This document shows, in pieces, positions 36,101 through 48,462 of a DNA stretch of 64,000 nucleotides. The position numbers were made by a program, and so were the translations under genes. The stretch is from Botryllus schlosseri. Taxonomy: Eukaryota. The notes beneath the pieces are model-generated. The model did not search any database and was not told where the DNA came from. It saw only the letters and a program-made list of their open reading frames with translations. The stretch spans positions 4,404,001 through 4,468,000 of the forward strand of contig CM119371.1 in assembly GCA_051294905.1 (NCBI GenBank), given 5' to 3'. Numbering within the stretch: the first letter of the stretch is position 1; each line of letters opens with the position of its first letter.

Positions 36101-39100
36101 GAACCCTCAAATAATAATTCCCGACATGAAACCAAACCGCTGAAAGTCGTTACCAACACAAAGAAACACTTTGTACGATGTTTGCCAAATGTACCCTATG
36201 GTTAGGTGTACTAGAATTATTTGTGTAACACATACACCGACAATGTAATCGAAAATTTTTCCGTTGTCATTCGCTAAAGTAAATGTCATCACAATACTCT
36301 GTCACTAAAGATCTTACTTGTATCTGATTGAATCACCGATAATTAACTCGCTAAATCAAACCATAAGGAAATTTCACTCACTCATCAGATATGAAACAGC
36401 GTCGCTTAATCGGTGTAGATCGTTTTTCTAAATGCAAATCATACCTGACCAACAGAAAACAATTTTCACTCACCTTGTAATGAAACCAAGTGTAGTGGAC
36501 CTTCGTTCAATATTTTGTTTGTGTCAAATACTTTGCAATAAACACACTGGAGTGGTCGAGCTTTACATCAGCAGACTGTAATCTGTAAATCAAGCTTACA
36601 TCCGACTTGTAACTGTATCGTTTACCTAACCGAGTTGTATGCACAGTTTGATATTTTTTGTTATTTGGTAATTGCTGAATATACTACTTCGAAATACTCC
36701 CTTGAACGTAATTTCCATCATCGTAATAATCGAAGTACATTTGTGTCGAATTCGTAACAGCCGACTATGACATGATAAATTTTTGACAAGTTATGCTTGG
36801 AAGATTGGTTGTATATCACGAAAAATAATTACCGCTCATATTCATACTGTTATCCATTGTTCGGTATTTTTAAACGAGTAAAATTTATTACTTGAGTTAC
36901 TCCGCTTAATGCAAATGTAAACACAACCGTCTTTCAACATCGCAAAGACATCGATACAAAGTATACAATCAAACGCAACAAGTTTTACTTTTGTAGGTTG
37001 TGTATGGTTATCCTGCATAACTCATTTCTTACCAAAGCCATATGAAATATATTCATGTTACACGAAAATATTCACTCATGCTACAAACCTGTACAATGAT
37101 TGGTGGTGCTTTCAAACTGTTTCGATACCTCAAGAACTTTATTGTCTGAATGGTTGTTCATGTATCACAATAATCAAGTAATTCAACACAGAACTAGTAT
37201 TAACAGAAACACCAAAGTTGTTTACACAAAAGTTTGTATGTGTACAGTATACGAATACCATGTGTAAGTCCAGCACAATTGTGGACGAGTTTAGTTAACA
37301 CAATTTACGACACCGAGGTCGCGTCATCTTTCGTAAGACAACAAACCAAGGCTTCAGGATATGTCCATGTCATAGCAATGAATCAGCTACTCCAACAACA
37401 GAGTGCATATGTTTTCTAGTTACGGTGCTTACATCTTACACACAAATCAATCTACTTTGCTAACGAAAAGTGGTGAGTCATCATATGGTTATCCTCACTA
37501 GTAAAACATACTATCATACAAAATGGTCGTTATAGTTTGCACACCAACGGTACATCGTACAAGTAACAATTCTCGAGAATCCAGTTATTCAAAAAACGTG
37601 AAAGTATTTCTACACCAAGTCGTTATGTTGACGAAAGCGTATATTGTAATATCATGATCAATTTGCATTCGTTGGTCACAAACTGTCACTACTCCAAATA
37701 ATTCTTTTTCACTCAAACACAAACGCACACTTGTCACCATTCGTTTTCATCAAGTACGAGTTCAAGAAACTTACTACGACATGAATTTTTATTTTTATGT
37801 TGTGTAAATAGGTAATAATTAATTCAAGTAACACTATATCAACATCATCGAGTTGTGCTAATAGATTTACATGTGGTCTTGTGGTTTTCATCGGGACATA
37901 CAGCACGAACTATCTGTAGACTCCTCTCTGTTGTACAGCTACTCGGTAATCGAAATGCATTAACATGTAAACAACGATCTTGTTTCGTCACACCAAAAAA
38001 TATGTTCACTGTCGCGATACTCCGCACAAGACGTGCATAGCCTTTGCACACTCGTAATAGTATACCAACGTCAAGCGATAACGTTTAACAAGACCAACGA
38101 CACTGACTCCACGACGTTTACCTATGTAAAATTACCACTTTCACTTGCCAGTCCATCGTTTACCTGACTAAACATATTATTTTCCTTTGGAGATCTGACG
38201 TTTACCCAGAGTAAGAAACCATTTTCACTTGTAAATATATTTTTTCCTCGGCTAACAAACCTTTTTCACTCGGAAATCTATTTTTTCTCTGGTTAACAAA
38301 CCTTTTTCGCTTGGAAATATATTTTTTCTCTGGTTAACAAACCTTTTTCACTTGGAAATATATATTTTTCCCCGGGTAACAAACCTTTTTCCCTGAGCAA
38401 CAAACCATTTTAACTTGGTGGTCCGTCGTTTAGTCGAGTAAAAATATCATTTTCCTTTGGAGATCCGGCGTTTACCCAGTGTAACTATACATTTTCGCTT
38501 GGAAAAATACTTTTACCTAGAGTAACTAATCATTTTCTCCTGGGTAACAATCCCTTTCCGTCTGGAAACTATCATTTAACTGAGTACCAATACCGTTTTC
38601 ACTTGGAAATACATTTTTTCCCTGGGTAACAATACCATTTTCGTTTTGAAAACTGACAACCACACCGGCCAATTTGATGTTTTTGTATATTGTTACAACG
38701 AAGAGTGACGGAAATATACACAGACTACCGGTTTTAGAGTATACCCCATCGGTCGTATCACATCAATATCATCGGTTAACCACATACAATATACTCTTGT
38801 ACACCGAAATGCACGCTTTGGAAAATTGGACAATAGGCTGCGATAGTTCTGCGATGTCCGGGTTCGTGCTTTGGATTTTCCAGAGTCAAAATGTCTGAAT
38901 AAAACACCTCCTCGACGACGGTTGGTATGTGGATAACGGTGTTCGGAAAACGGTTGGATTTATGTCACCCATCACGATAACAACTCCAGGTCGAGTTTTC
39001 CTCCCGCATGTTTACTATATTGTGTCTTTATTGGTCAATGTATGTCTCGACATTCAGTTTGAAATCGGAAACCCTGATAAAGTATGTAACCGGATCCGGA

Positions 39101-39375
39101 TATCAACTCTGAATCGATAAACCAATGAACAATATTCAAAGTAAACATGTTACACCCTGTGTTTCCACGAAAAAATACCATCCAGACATACGTCGCGCTT
39201 GTTTGCCCGCACCAGTATACGCGCGCGCAAATGGAGGTGTGTGACATTGCATGCAATGTGTTGGTATACAAACATCGATCCACAGACATTATCATAGCCG
39301 GTAGTTTTGATGTAGATCGAATGTCACCCGATAACAATGTCATACCAATAAGCCACATTGCAATGACTCTGAGTC
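33151..39375 (+). repeat. Left arm of the 6225-bp inverted repeat
   Basis: Mirrored ORF track; paired coordinates sum to 79677 throughout; about six substitutions seen by eye. Confidence 0.98.
36200..38050 (+). pseudogene. Heavily decayed protein-primed family B DNA polymerase (pPolB); mirror copy ~41630-43480 on the minus strand
   Basis: Manual translation gives motif ghosts in the expected order: VVDLRSIFC..L..HTGV; SEWL......IQH...TVYEYH..QHNC; ASGYVHV; YGYPH; HVVLWFSSGHTAR...LSVVQLLGNR...SCFVT. Confidence 0.65.
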
Positions 39376-39400
39376 AATCTGAAGCATGACATACGGACAC
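38780..39400 (+). pseudogene. Possible decayed Polinton rve integrase
   Basis: QYTLVH..ARF, GNPDKV...LNR and YKHRST resemble YTLHKP..RF, GRKP.KLQTD..EFLNR and YHRSI. Confidence 0.4.
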
Positions 39401-39578
39401 ACAAACATAGAAACCGTAACATGGGTATTCGCACGACGGTGAAAGTGAACTATACAGCATATACCAATAGAGTGTTCACAGTCAAATATGCGAACCGTGC
39501 ACAATCATATACCCAGGTTTTTGCTGGATATGTACGAAACCAATAAATCGATACATTTCTTTTCTCTGGACATCAATA

Positions 39579-40250
39579 ATACAATCGCCATTCAAATGCA
39601 TCGCTCGAATGTGAGGTTCGTCGGGTGTAAAATCCATGTCCAATAAAACCAAAGTGTGCCTTCCGTGTTTTATTATTTCCACCGACACTACTTGTCTGTG
39701 TCGTAACACTATGGTGCGGGGAGTTGAAAACGGTGGATTGTGAAACGGATTGACATGACCAACAGAATCGACGTCAATAGTCTTGTGGTCAAAATGTTAC
39801 CGATATGACGAGCGCAACCTCGATCTTTTATGGCGATGACCGTTTCGAAATGTCGCTGGACGAACTGGACCCATACGAAGGTGTGTTTTATGATTGCGTG
39901 TGAAATCACGACGCAGTGTTCTATTGCGGTGTACGATTGCAGTCTTCATTCCACAGAAACACACCTTATTGGATCACAGTATCAGTCCGAGATTTTCAGA
40001 ATCACTGTTCACGATATTTATCTGGAGTCGTTATGTGGGAGTAGCGACGTCCATGCATCGTGACTGAAAGACTGATCGCAATCATTTCGAGCACCCATAC
40101 TTCGATAGTTCACATTGGTCAAATGCTGCAGTCTCAGCAGAAAACTTCGGTGTCGACAACACGACGGATATCGACCGATGTATCCAATTGGTCTGGGTGA
40201 TCTGTCCGGAGATAGGGTCATGACTATCTTGTAATGTTACAACGCGATAA
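39579..40250 (+). pseudogene. Possible decayed Polinton packaging (A32-like) ATPase in the spacer
   Basis: IQSPFKCIARM*GSSGVKS resembles HPFT..I.GPSGSGKT; RNLDLYGDD resembles Walker B RNL.ILDD. Confidence 0.45.
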
Positions 40251-40301
40251 AACCATCGAGTAAATCAGTGAACGGTATCGAAATATCGATGTAATAGCGC
40301 G

Positions 40302-43300
40302 GACTCAGAGTCATTGCAATGTGGCTTATTGGTATGACATTGTTATCGGGTGACATTCGATCTACATCAAAACTACCGGCTATGATAATGTCTGTGGATC
40401 GATGTTTGTATACCAACACATTGCATGCAATGTCACACACCTCCATTTGCGCGCGCGTATACTGGTGCGGGCAAACAAGCGCGACGTATGTCTGGATGGT
40501 ATTTTTTCGTGGAAACACAGGGTGTAACATGTTTACTTTGAATATTGTTCATTGGTTTATCGATTCAGAGTTGATATCCGGATCCGGTTACATACTTTAT
40601 CAGGGTTTCCGATTTCAAACTGAATGTCGAGACATACATTGACCAATAAAGACACAATATAGTAAACATGCGGGAGGAAAACTCGACCTGGAGTTGTTAT
40701 CGTGATGGGTGACATAAATCCAACCGTTTTCCGAACACCGTTATCCACATACCAACCGTCGTCGAGGAGGTGTTTTATTCAGACATTTTGACTCTGGAAA
40801 ATCCAAAGCACGAACCCGGACATCGCAGAACTATCGCAGCCTATTGTCCAATTTTCCAAAGCGTGCATTTCAGTGTACAAGAGTATATTGTATGTGGTTA
40901 ACCGATGATATTGATGTGATACGACCGATGGGGTATACTCTAAAACCGGTAGTCTGTGTATATTTCCGTCACTCTTCGTTGTAACAATATACAAAAATAT
41001 CAAATTGGCCGGTGTGGTTGTCAGTTTTCAAAACGAAAATGGTATTGTTACCCAGGGAAAAAATGTATTTCCAAGTGAAAACGGTATTGGTACTCAGTTA
41101 AATGATAGTTTCCAGACGGAAAGGGATTGTTACCCAGGAGAAAATGATTAGTTACTCTAGGTAAAAGTATTTTTCCAAGCGAAAATGTATAGTTACACTG
41201 GGTAAACGCCGGATCTCCAAAGGAAAATGATATTTTTACTCGACTAAACGACGGACCACCAAGTTAAAATGGTTTGTTGCTCAGGGAAAAAGGTTTGTTA
41301 CCCGGGGAAAAATATATATTTCCAAGTGAAAAAGGTTTGTTAACCAGAGAAAAAATATATTTCCAAGCGAAAAAGGTTTGTTAACCAGAGAAAAAATAGA
41401 TTTCCGAGTGAAAAAGGTTTGTTAGCCGAGGAAAAAATATATTTACAAGTGAAAATGGTTTCTTACTCTGGGTAAACGTCAGATCTCCAAAGGAAAATAA
41501 TATGTTTAGTCAGGTAAACGATGGACTGGCAAGTGAAAGTGGTAATTTTACATAGGTAAACGTCGTGGAGTCAGTGTCGTTGGTCTTGTTAAACGTTATC
41601 GCTTGACGTTGGTATACTATTACGAGTGTGCAAAGGCTATGCACGTCTTGTGCGGAGTATCGCGACAGTGAACATATTTTTTGGTGTGACGAAACAAGAT
41701 CGTTGTTTACATGTTAATGCATTTCGATTACCGAGTAGCTGTACAACAGAGAGGAGTCTACAGATAGTTCGTGCTGTATGTCCCGATGAAAACCACAAGA
41801 CCACATGTAAATCTATTAGCACAACTCGATGATGTTGATATAGTGTTACTTGAATTAATTATTACCTATTTACACAACATAAAAATAAAAATTCATGTCG
41901 TAGTAAGTTTCTTGAACTCGTACTTGATGAAAACGAATGGTGACAAGTGTGCGTTTGTGTTTGAGTGAAAAAGAATTATTTGGAGTAGTGACAGTTTGTG
42001 ACCAACGAATGCAAATTGATCATGATATTACAATATACGCTTTCGTCAACATAACGACTTGGTGTAGAAATACTTTCACGTTTTTTGAATAACTGGATTC
42101 TCGAGAATTGTTACTTGTACGATGTACCGTTGGTGTGCAAACTATAACGACCATTTTGTATGATAGTATGTTTTACTAGTGAGGATAACCATATGATGAC
42201 TCACCACTTTTCGTTAGCAAAGTAGATTGATTTGTGTGTAAGATGTAAGCACCGTAACTAGAAAACATATGCACTCTGTTGTTGGAGTAGCTGATTCATT
42301 GCTATGACATGGACATATCCTGAAGCCTTGGTTTGTTGTCTTACGAAAGATGACGCGACCTCGGTGTCGTAAATTGTGTTAACTAAACTCGTCCACAATT
42401 GTGCTGGACTTACACATGGTATTCGTATACTGTACACATACAAACTTTTGTGTAAACAACTTTGGTGTTTCTGTTAATACTAGTTCTGTGTTGAATTACT
42501 TGATTATTGTGATACATGAACAACCATTCAGACAATAAAGTTCTTGAGGTATCGAAACAGTTTGAAAGCACCACCAATCATTGTACAGGTTTGTAGCATG
42601 AGTGAATATTTTCGTGTAACATGAATATATTTCATATGGCTTTGGTAAGAAATGAGTTATGCAGGATAACCATACACAACCTACAAAAGTAAAACTTGTT
42701 GCGTTTGATTGTATACTTTGTATCGATGTCTTTGCGATGTTGAAAGACGGTTGTGTTTACATTTGCATTAAGCGGAGTAACTCAAGTAATAAATTTTACT
42801 CGTTTAAAAATACCGAACAATGGATAACAGTATGAATATGAGCGGTAATTATTTTTCGTGATATACAACCAATCTTCCAAGCATAACTTGTCAAAAATTT
42901 ATCATGTCATAGTCGGCTGTTACGAATTCGACACAAATGTACTTCGATTATTACGATGATGGAAATTACGTTCAAGGGAGTATTTCGAAGTAGTATATTC
43001 AGCAATTACCAAATAACAAAAAATATCAAACTGTGCATACAACTCGGTTAGGTAAACGATACAGTTACAAGTCGGATGTAAGCTTGATTTACAGATTACA
43101 GTCTGCTGATGTAAAGCTCGACCACTCCAGTGTGTTTATTGCAAAGTATTTGACACAAACAAAATATTGAACGAAGGTCCACTACACTTGGTTTCATTAC
43201 AAGGTGAGTGAAAATTGTTTTCTGTTGGTCAGGTATGATTTGCATTTAGAAAAACGATCTACACCGATTAAGCGACGCTGTTTCATATCTGATGAGTGAG

Positions 43301-46300
43301 TGAAATTTCCTTATGGTTTGATTTAGCGAGTTAATTATCGGTGATTCAATCAGATACAAGTAAGATCTTTAGTGACAGAGTATTGTGATGACATTTACTT
43401 TAGCGAATGACAACGGAAAAATTTTCGATTACATTGTCGGTGTATGTGTTACACAAATAATTCTAGTACACCTAACCATAGGGTACATTTGGCAAACATC
43501 GTACAAAGTGTTTCTTTGTGTTGGTAACGACTTTCAGCGGTTTGGTTTCATGTCGGGAATTATTATTTGAGGGTTCAAAAAACAATTTCAATCAATGCTA
43601 CAAATGAACAACAATGCAAAACACGTTTAGTGAATTACAGTGTAGCAAGTACTTCCTTAATATTACGATTGTTGTGCACTAGACATTTCTAGTTGAATTG
43701 AATGCGTCGAGCAAACATATTCAATTTACTTTTGTAATGATCAAAGTCTTAGAGTGCAACCTCGTGATATTTTACATTTAGCACGTTCTATAGAAAGTGT
43801 GAACGGAGTTGAGTATTAATCGTGTACTTGGGATAGTGCTTTGATATCAAAGATATACTTTCACACTGTGTAATGTTTCGATTCTCTGTTGTGAATACCT
43901 CCAGTAACGACATTGATGTTAAATCCTCACTCTTGGTCATTGTAAGCGAATCCTAAACATCGCAACAGTCGGTATGGAAATCGAACGCATGCATACTTTT
44001 AGATAGGCCACACTAACAAGTTTATTACATCCGTGAAATACTCTGAAACGTCGATTCGTGATTGTGTTAGCTATATTCATCTTCTATATCTGTGGACACA
44101 AAGAATTCTTAACTTTGGTTACAGCTCATTCGTAACGAATTGTTGCGTGCAATCTAGAAAAGCACAAGTCGAAGACGAATGATTTGATTTCAATAAACTA
44201 AAAAAATTCCTTTTGTTTTGATGTTGGATTTAATACAATTTGTATGACTATAACGAATCCGATTCCAAAAGTGCTATGTTACATTTAACAAAAAGTTTGA
44301 TTACTTGTATTCTGATATTGATAGATGTGAAAAGTAATATGACTAGTTTATAAAATCTCGGTAATGTTCTTTGTCATGTCTGTGTTCAACAAATATGCGG
44401 TCAAGACTTACCATTCGATATTAACTTTCGCAGTCGGTGTAAGCGAAAATTTGTTGTAGTAACAATACCGACGAGTTCAATAATATTCTCTATCGATGCA
44501 ATCAAATAATCCATCAGCTACAAGTGGATTTAAAACTTGATGCTGTTTTGTGGTAACTGAAGACAGGGGCATGTTTGTGTTGATTTCAGGAATGATCATG
44601 ACGAGTTGGTCGGGTAAATTAGTTAATGTGGTAGTAACTACGACCGTGAAGAGTTGCTGACATTCCAATATCTTTTACGCTGTCGTATATGGATTCACTT
44701 GTGATAATTATTTCTCAGTTATTGTTCAGACATTCAAATATCGTATATTCAAAATGTAATAGGTTTATGTCAAGTCGTATATGGACCGATTAGTAAATAC
44801 TTTGTTTTACAGAATAGTAACGACCTTTACAGTTGAATAAAAAATTATCGGTCATATGAATACAACCAGGATGAATTAATTCAAGTTTGTGAGTTGTAGT
44901 GATATAATCAAGTAAGAGAAAACTAGATATTTAACACTTGTTAATGTTGTGAATAATTCTTTTGAGTATGGTAAGATGTTAAAATGTCGCTTTGGCAATT
45001 GAAAAGCCGGATCGCGAATAGAGTTGTAATGTTTCATTACTTGTTTCGAATCAATGTGTGTATAATCTCTAAATATGACTGGGTTGAAAGTTGTTAGTCA
45101 TGTTTGTCAATCTATTTCAATTCAGACTATGTCAAAGTCCAAATATTTCATTTTGGATTATCTGGATTTACCTTTAGTACATCCGCGAATGGATTTAAAG
45201 TTGGTAAATTACCAAAATGATTGAATATTATCGGGTTAGAGATAGTTGGTATTGATTCTATAACTGTTAAAACAGCGGCGTGGAATGTGTGAATGATCCG
45301 ATGTGGGTGAATGTTGGTGTCAGTAATATTCAGGTTACGTTCGATTCAACAGATTGCGTTAATAGGATTTGTCAAAGGATTTGAGTTGGGTCGAGTCAAT
45401 ACATTCAAATACGATTCAACTTGATCTGTGTAGTGAGTTACATTTCAAGTTGACAAACTAACACATTGATTGAATATTTTCATGGATCTTATCACGCAAC
45501 TAAAGTCACCCACTATTCGAGAGGCATGAAACATATAGCGATCGCGGGCAAGTGTCAAATTGTTGGTTTTCGAATCACGGTCTGCGCTGGTACTGTTATT
45601 CATTACTTATTACTTGATAGTAACAACCATCGACACATTACACTGTAGCGATTGGGATGTATGTAATGACAAGACGCGAGAAATGGTGATGTCTTTGGTG
45701 TTATCTTGTGAGCGATCGTGGGATTTGTAACCTATTTCACACGTTTTTGAAGTGTTGGTTTGTGAACGCGGCTATTGTTGATATTTGAATCACCGTCTAC
45801 GCCGGCTCTGTGGCAAACCAATTACCAAAATATTACATTGTCAACGATCGGCATGTATGTAACAGCGAGTCGCAAGCGATGGTTATGTCTTAGGTATTAT
45901 CTTGTGAGCGATCGCGGGATTTTACCAATATTTCACACCTTTTTGGAGTGTTAGTTTGTGAACGCGGATATTGTGCAACGGTTCTGTGACAAACTTATTG
46001 CGGAAATATTACCTGCGAATATTGTGCTATCGCGGTGAAGTCACGACTGTGAACAGCAGACTATTCTGTAGGGGCGAAACAGCGGTATACAAGGTGCGAA
46101 TAACCCGATCTGAAGAATACATGACAGGCGAATCACCGCCACCGCCTATAGCAAAAAAGGCGAGTCACGACCACGAGTTTTCACGGCGAGTCACCGCCAC
46201 GAGCTATACCTGAAAGGGCGAATCACGACCGCACCCATAAGAACACATGGCGAGTCACCAGAGACCGCGTAAGAATACATGACAGGCGAATCACCGCCAC

Positions 46301-46526
46301 CGCCTATAGTAAAAAAGGCGAGTCACCAACACGAGTTTTCGCGGCGAGTCACCGACGCAGCCTATAGCAAAAAAGGCGAATCACGGCCGCACCCATAAGA
46401 ACACATGGCGAATCACCAGCGGAAGGGGGGGTCGAAAAGGGCGAATCACCAACACGAGTTTCGCGGCGAGTCACCAGCGGGCCCATAAGAACCCCTGCCA
46501 CCTCACGACCGATCTACATAACTACT
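40302..46526 (-). repeat. Right arm of the 6225-bp inverted repeat
   Basis: Reverse complement of 33151-39375. Confidence 0.98.
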
Positions 46527-47955
46527 AACGTTGTCTAAAAGCGAGATGAAATATCCGGCTGTTGAGAAAGAGGCGTTGGCAATTATAGAATCGGTCAGAA
46601 AATGGGGTTATCTGTTGATCAGAAACGAGTTCCAATTGATCACAGACCAGAAGGCGCTTTCATTTATTTTCCGAAAAAGTCACCCGAGCAAAATCAAGAA
46701 CAGCAAGTTATCTATATGGAAATTAGAACTAAGCTCGTTGAAATATGAAATTATTCATCGTCCTGGTAAGGAACACGTGGGCGCTGATGCACTTTCTCGT
46801 TTGTGTTCTATTTCGTCGTCGTCTGGAATGTCGTTGCAACAGGTTCATGAAGCCCTGAGTCACCCCGGAGTCCGTCGACTACATCACTTTGTTCGAGCGA
46901 AAAATCTACCATTCTCCATGGAGGACGTCAAAAAGATCTGTTCTAATTGTTCGGTTTGCGCTGAATTTAAACCGAGGTTTTTCAAATCCAACCAAGTGAA
47001 TCATCTCGTCAAAGCCACTAGACCCTGGGAACGTATAAGCATTGATTTTAAAGGTCCTGTTTCCGGACCAAAGCGGTTTATACTCGTTATAATCGATGAA
47101 TATAGCAGATTTCCATTCGCTTATGCATGTCGTGACATGACCTCTGCTACTGTAATCAATTGCCTGTCTTCATTGTTTTCTCTTGTTGGACTCCCAGAAT
47201 ACGTCCACAGTGATCGGGGAACTTCATTCCTATCGAAAGACGTAACGGCCTTCCTGACGCGTAAAGGTGTTGCGACAAGCAAATCAACACCCTATCATCC
47301 AACGGGTAATGCTCAGTGTGAACGTCTGAACCAAACCCTCTGGAAGGCAATTAAACTCCGCTTAGCTACTCAAAGGTTGCCTGAACGGTTGTGGGAGCAA
47401 GTCCTACCCGATGCCTTACATTCGATAAGGTCTCTACTCTGCACGTCTACTAACTGTTGCCCTCATGACCGATTTTTCAGCTTCGAGCGCAGATCCATGC
47501 TGGGGGTGTCGATACCTGATTGGCTACTAAACGGTGGTACTGTGCTGCTACGGAACTTTGTTCGCAACAAGAGTGATCCCGAAGTGGTTAGAGTAGAGCT
47601 TCTAGATGCTAACCCGAAATATGCATTAATTCGTCACAGGAACGGGACGGAATCAACTGTATCAGTAAAGGATCTAGCCCCGTGCCCGCGTGAAGAGAAC
47701 GATAATGGGCTTGATTTCCGTTCCATCGAGCCTGCAGTCGACTTGCGTTCTGCCGAAATCAACAACGACCAGAATGGTTTATTATCTCAAAACTCCTCGG
47801 ATCATCATTCAAACTCTCCTGTCGATACTCAAAACGACTCCCACGATACCTCAATCGGTCGAAACGATTCCGATGCAACTGTTGATGAGCCACCGATCCG
47901 AAGGTCATCAAGAATCAGACGAGCGCCCGATTGGTATGGTGACCGCACAACATGA
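46527..47955 (+). pseudogene. pol: Gypsy #2 pol, 3' part (RNase H, integrase)
   Basis: EKEALAI, TDQK, ADALSR, HHCC, IDFKGP, HSDRG and ERLN motifs; joins in frame (FMSRT-LSKSE) once the insertion is removed. Confidence 0.95.
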
Positions 47956-48462
47956 CTTCAGTACAGTGGCCCGATCATTTTAGGCTGGGGAGATTGTGGT
48001 GTTATATTTATCCGTTAGGTGTCTACCTTCTCTTCATTTCCGCTAGTAATTATTTCGTGCGTTTGTCTATCTGTTAGTTCATCATTCTGGTGTAGGGCGT
48101 TCTGAGAGTAGCATGTGTTTCCTGATTAACTTCTGTTTTAACGTTTATATTCTTTGTAGCATAGTCTACACTTTTAGTGAATAAAAGCCTAGAAAGCCGT
48201 ATATCTATTGGTGGGTTTTCCTCGCAAGGTCACAACATTCGGCATTTGCGATGTACTCAACCCTAATGAATTGATATATTATTAAATTTGGGGTACCGGC
48301 ACCGGGCTTATCGAGCGCCTTGAATCTTACATACTGAGAAGGCGTTGTCGAGAAATTACATCTGAGAATCGACTCCGAATGTGGCATAACCGTCATGCAC
48401 TTGTATACGACCTGTATATATGAATAAGATGCCTGCATTGCATGCGTTGCATTATCGGTAAT

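Larger units (their letters stand above)
33151..46526. mobile_element. Giant palindromic non-autonomous Polinton/Maverick derivative (13376 bp)
   Basis: AGTAGT...ACTACT termini; perfect 6-bp TSD AACGTT (33145-33150, 46527-46532); inverted arms 33151-39375 and 40302-46526; decayed Polinton gene motifs inside. Confidence 0.88.
25897..48237 (+). mobile_element. Gypsy LTR retrotransposon #2 (young; BEL in its 5' LTR, Polinton palindrome in its pol)
   Basis: 243-bp TG..CA LTRs (25897-25925 plus 30645-30858; 47995-48237) with one visible difference; 5-bp TSD TTCGG; PPT AGGCTGGGGAGAT. Confidence 0.96.

Noticed and set aside
33464..46213. Many short mirrored ORFs as real genes
   Set aside because: They are 60-107-codon chance frames duplicated by the inverted repeat; at most they are pieces of decayed Polinton genes.
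33151..46526. Giant palindrome as an assembly fold-back artefact
   Set aside because: It has a unique spacer, several arm mismatches and a perfect TSD, and the Gypsy pol continues in frame on both sides. Read support should still be checked.
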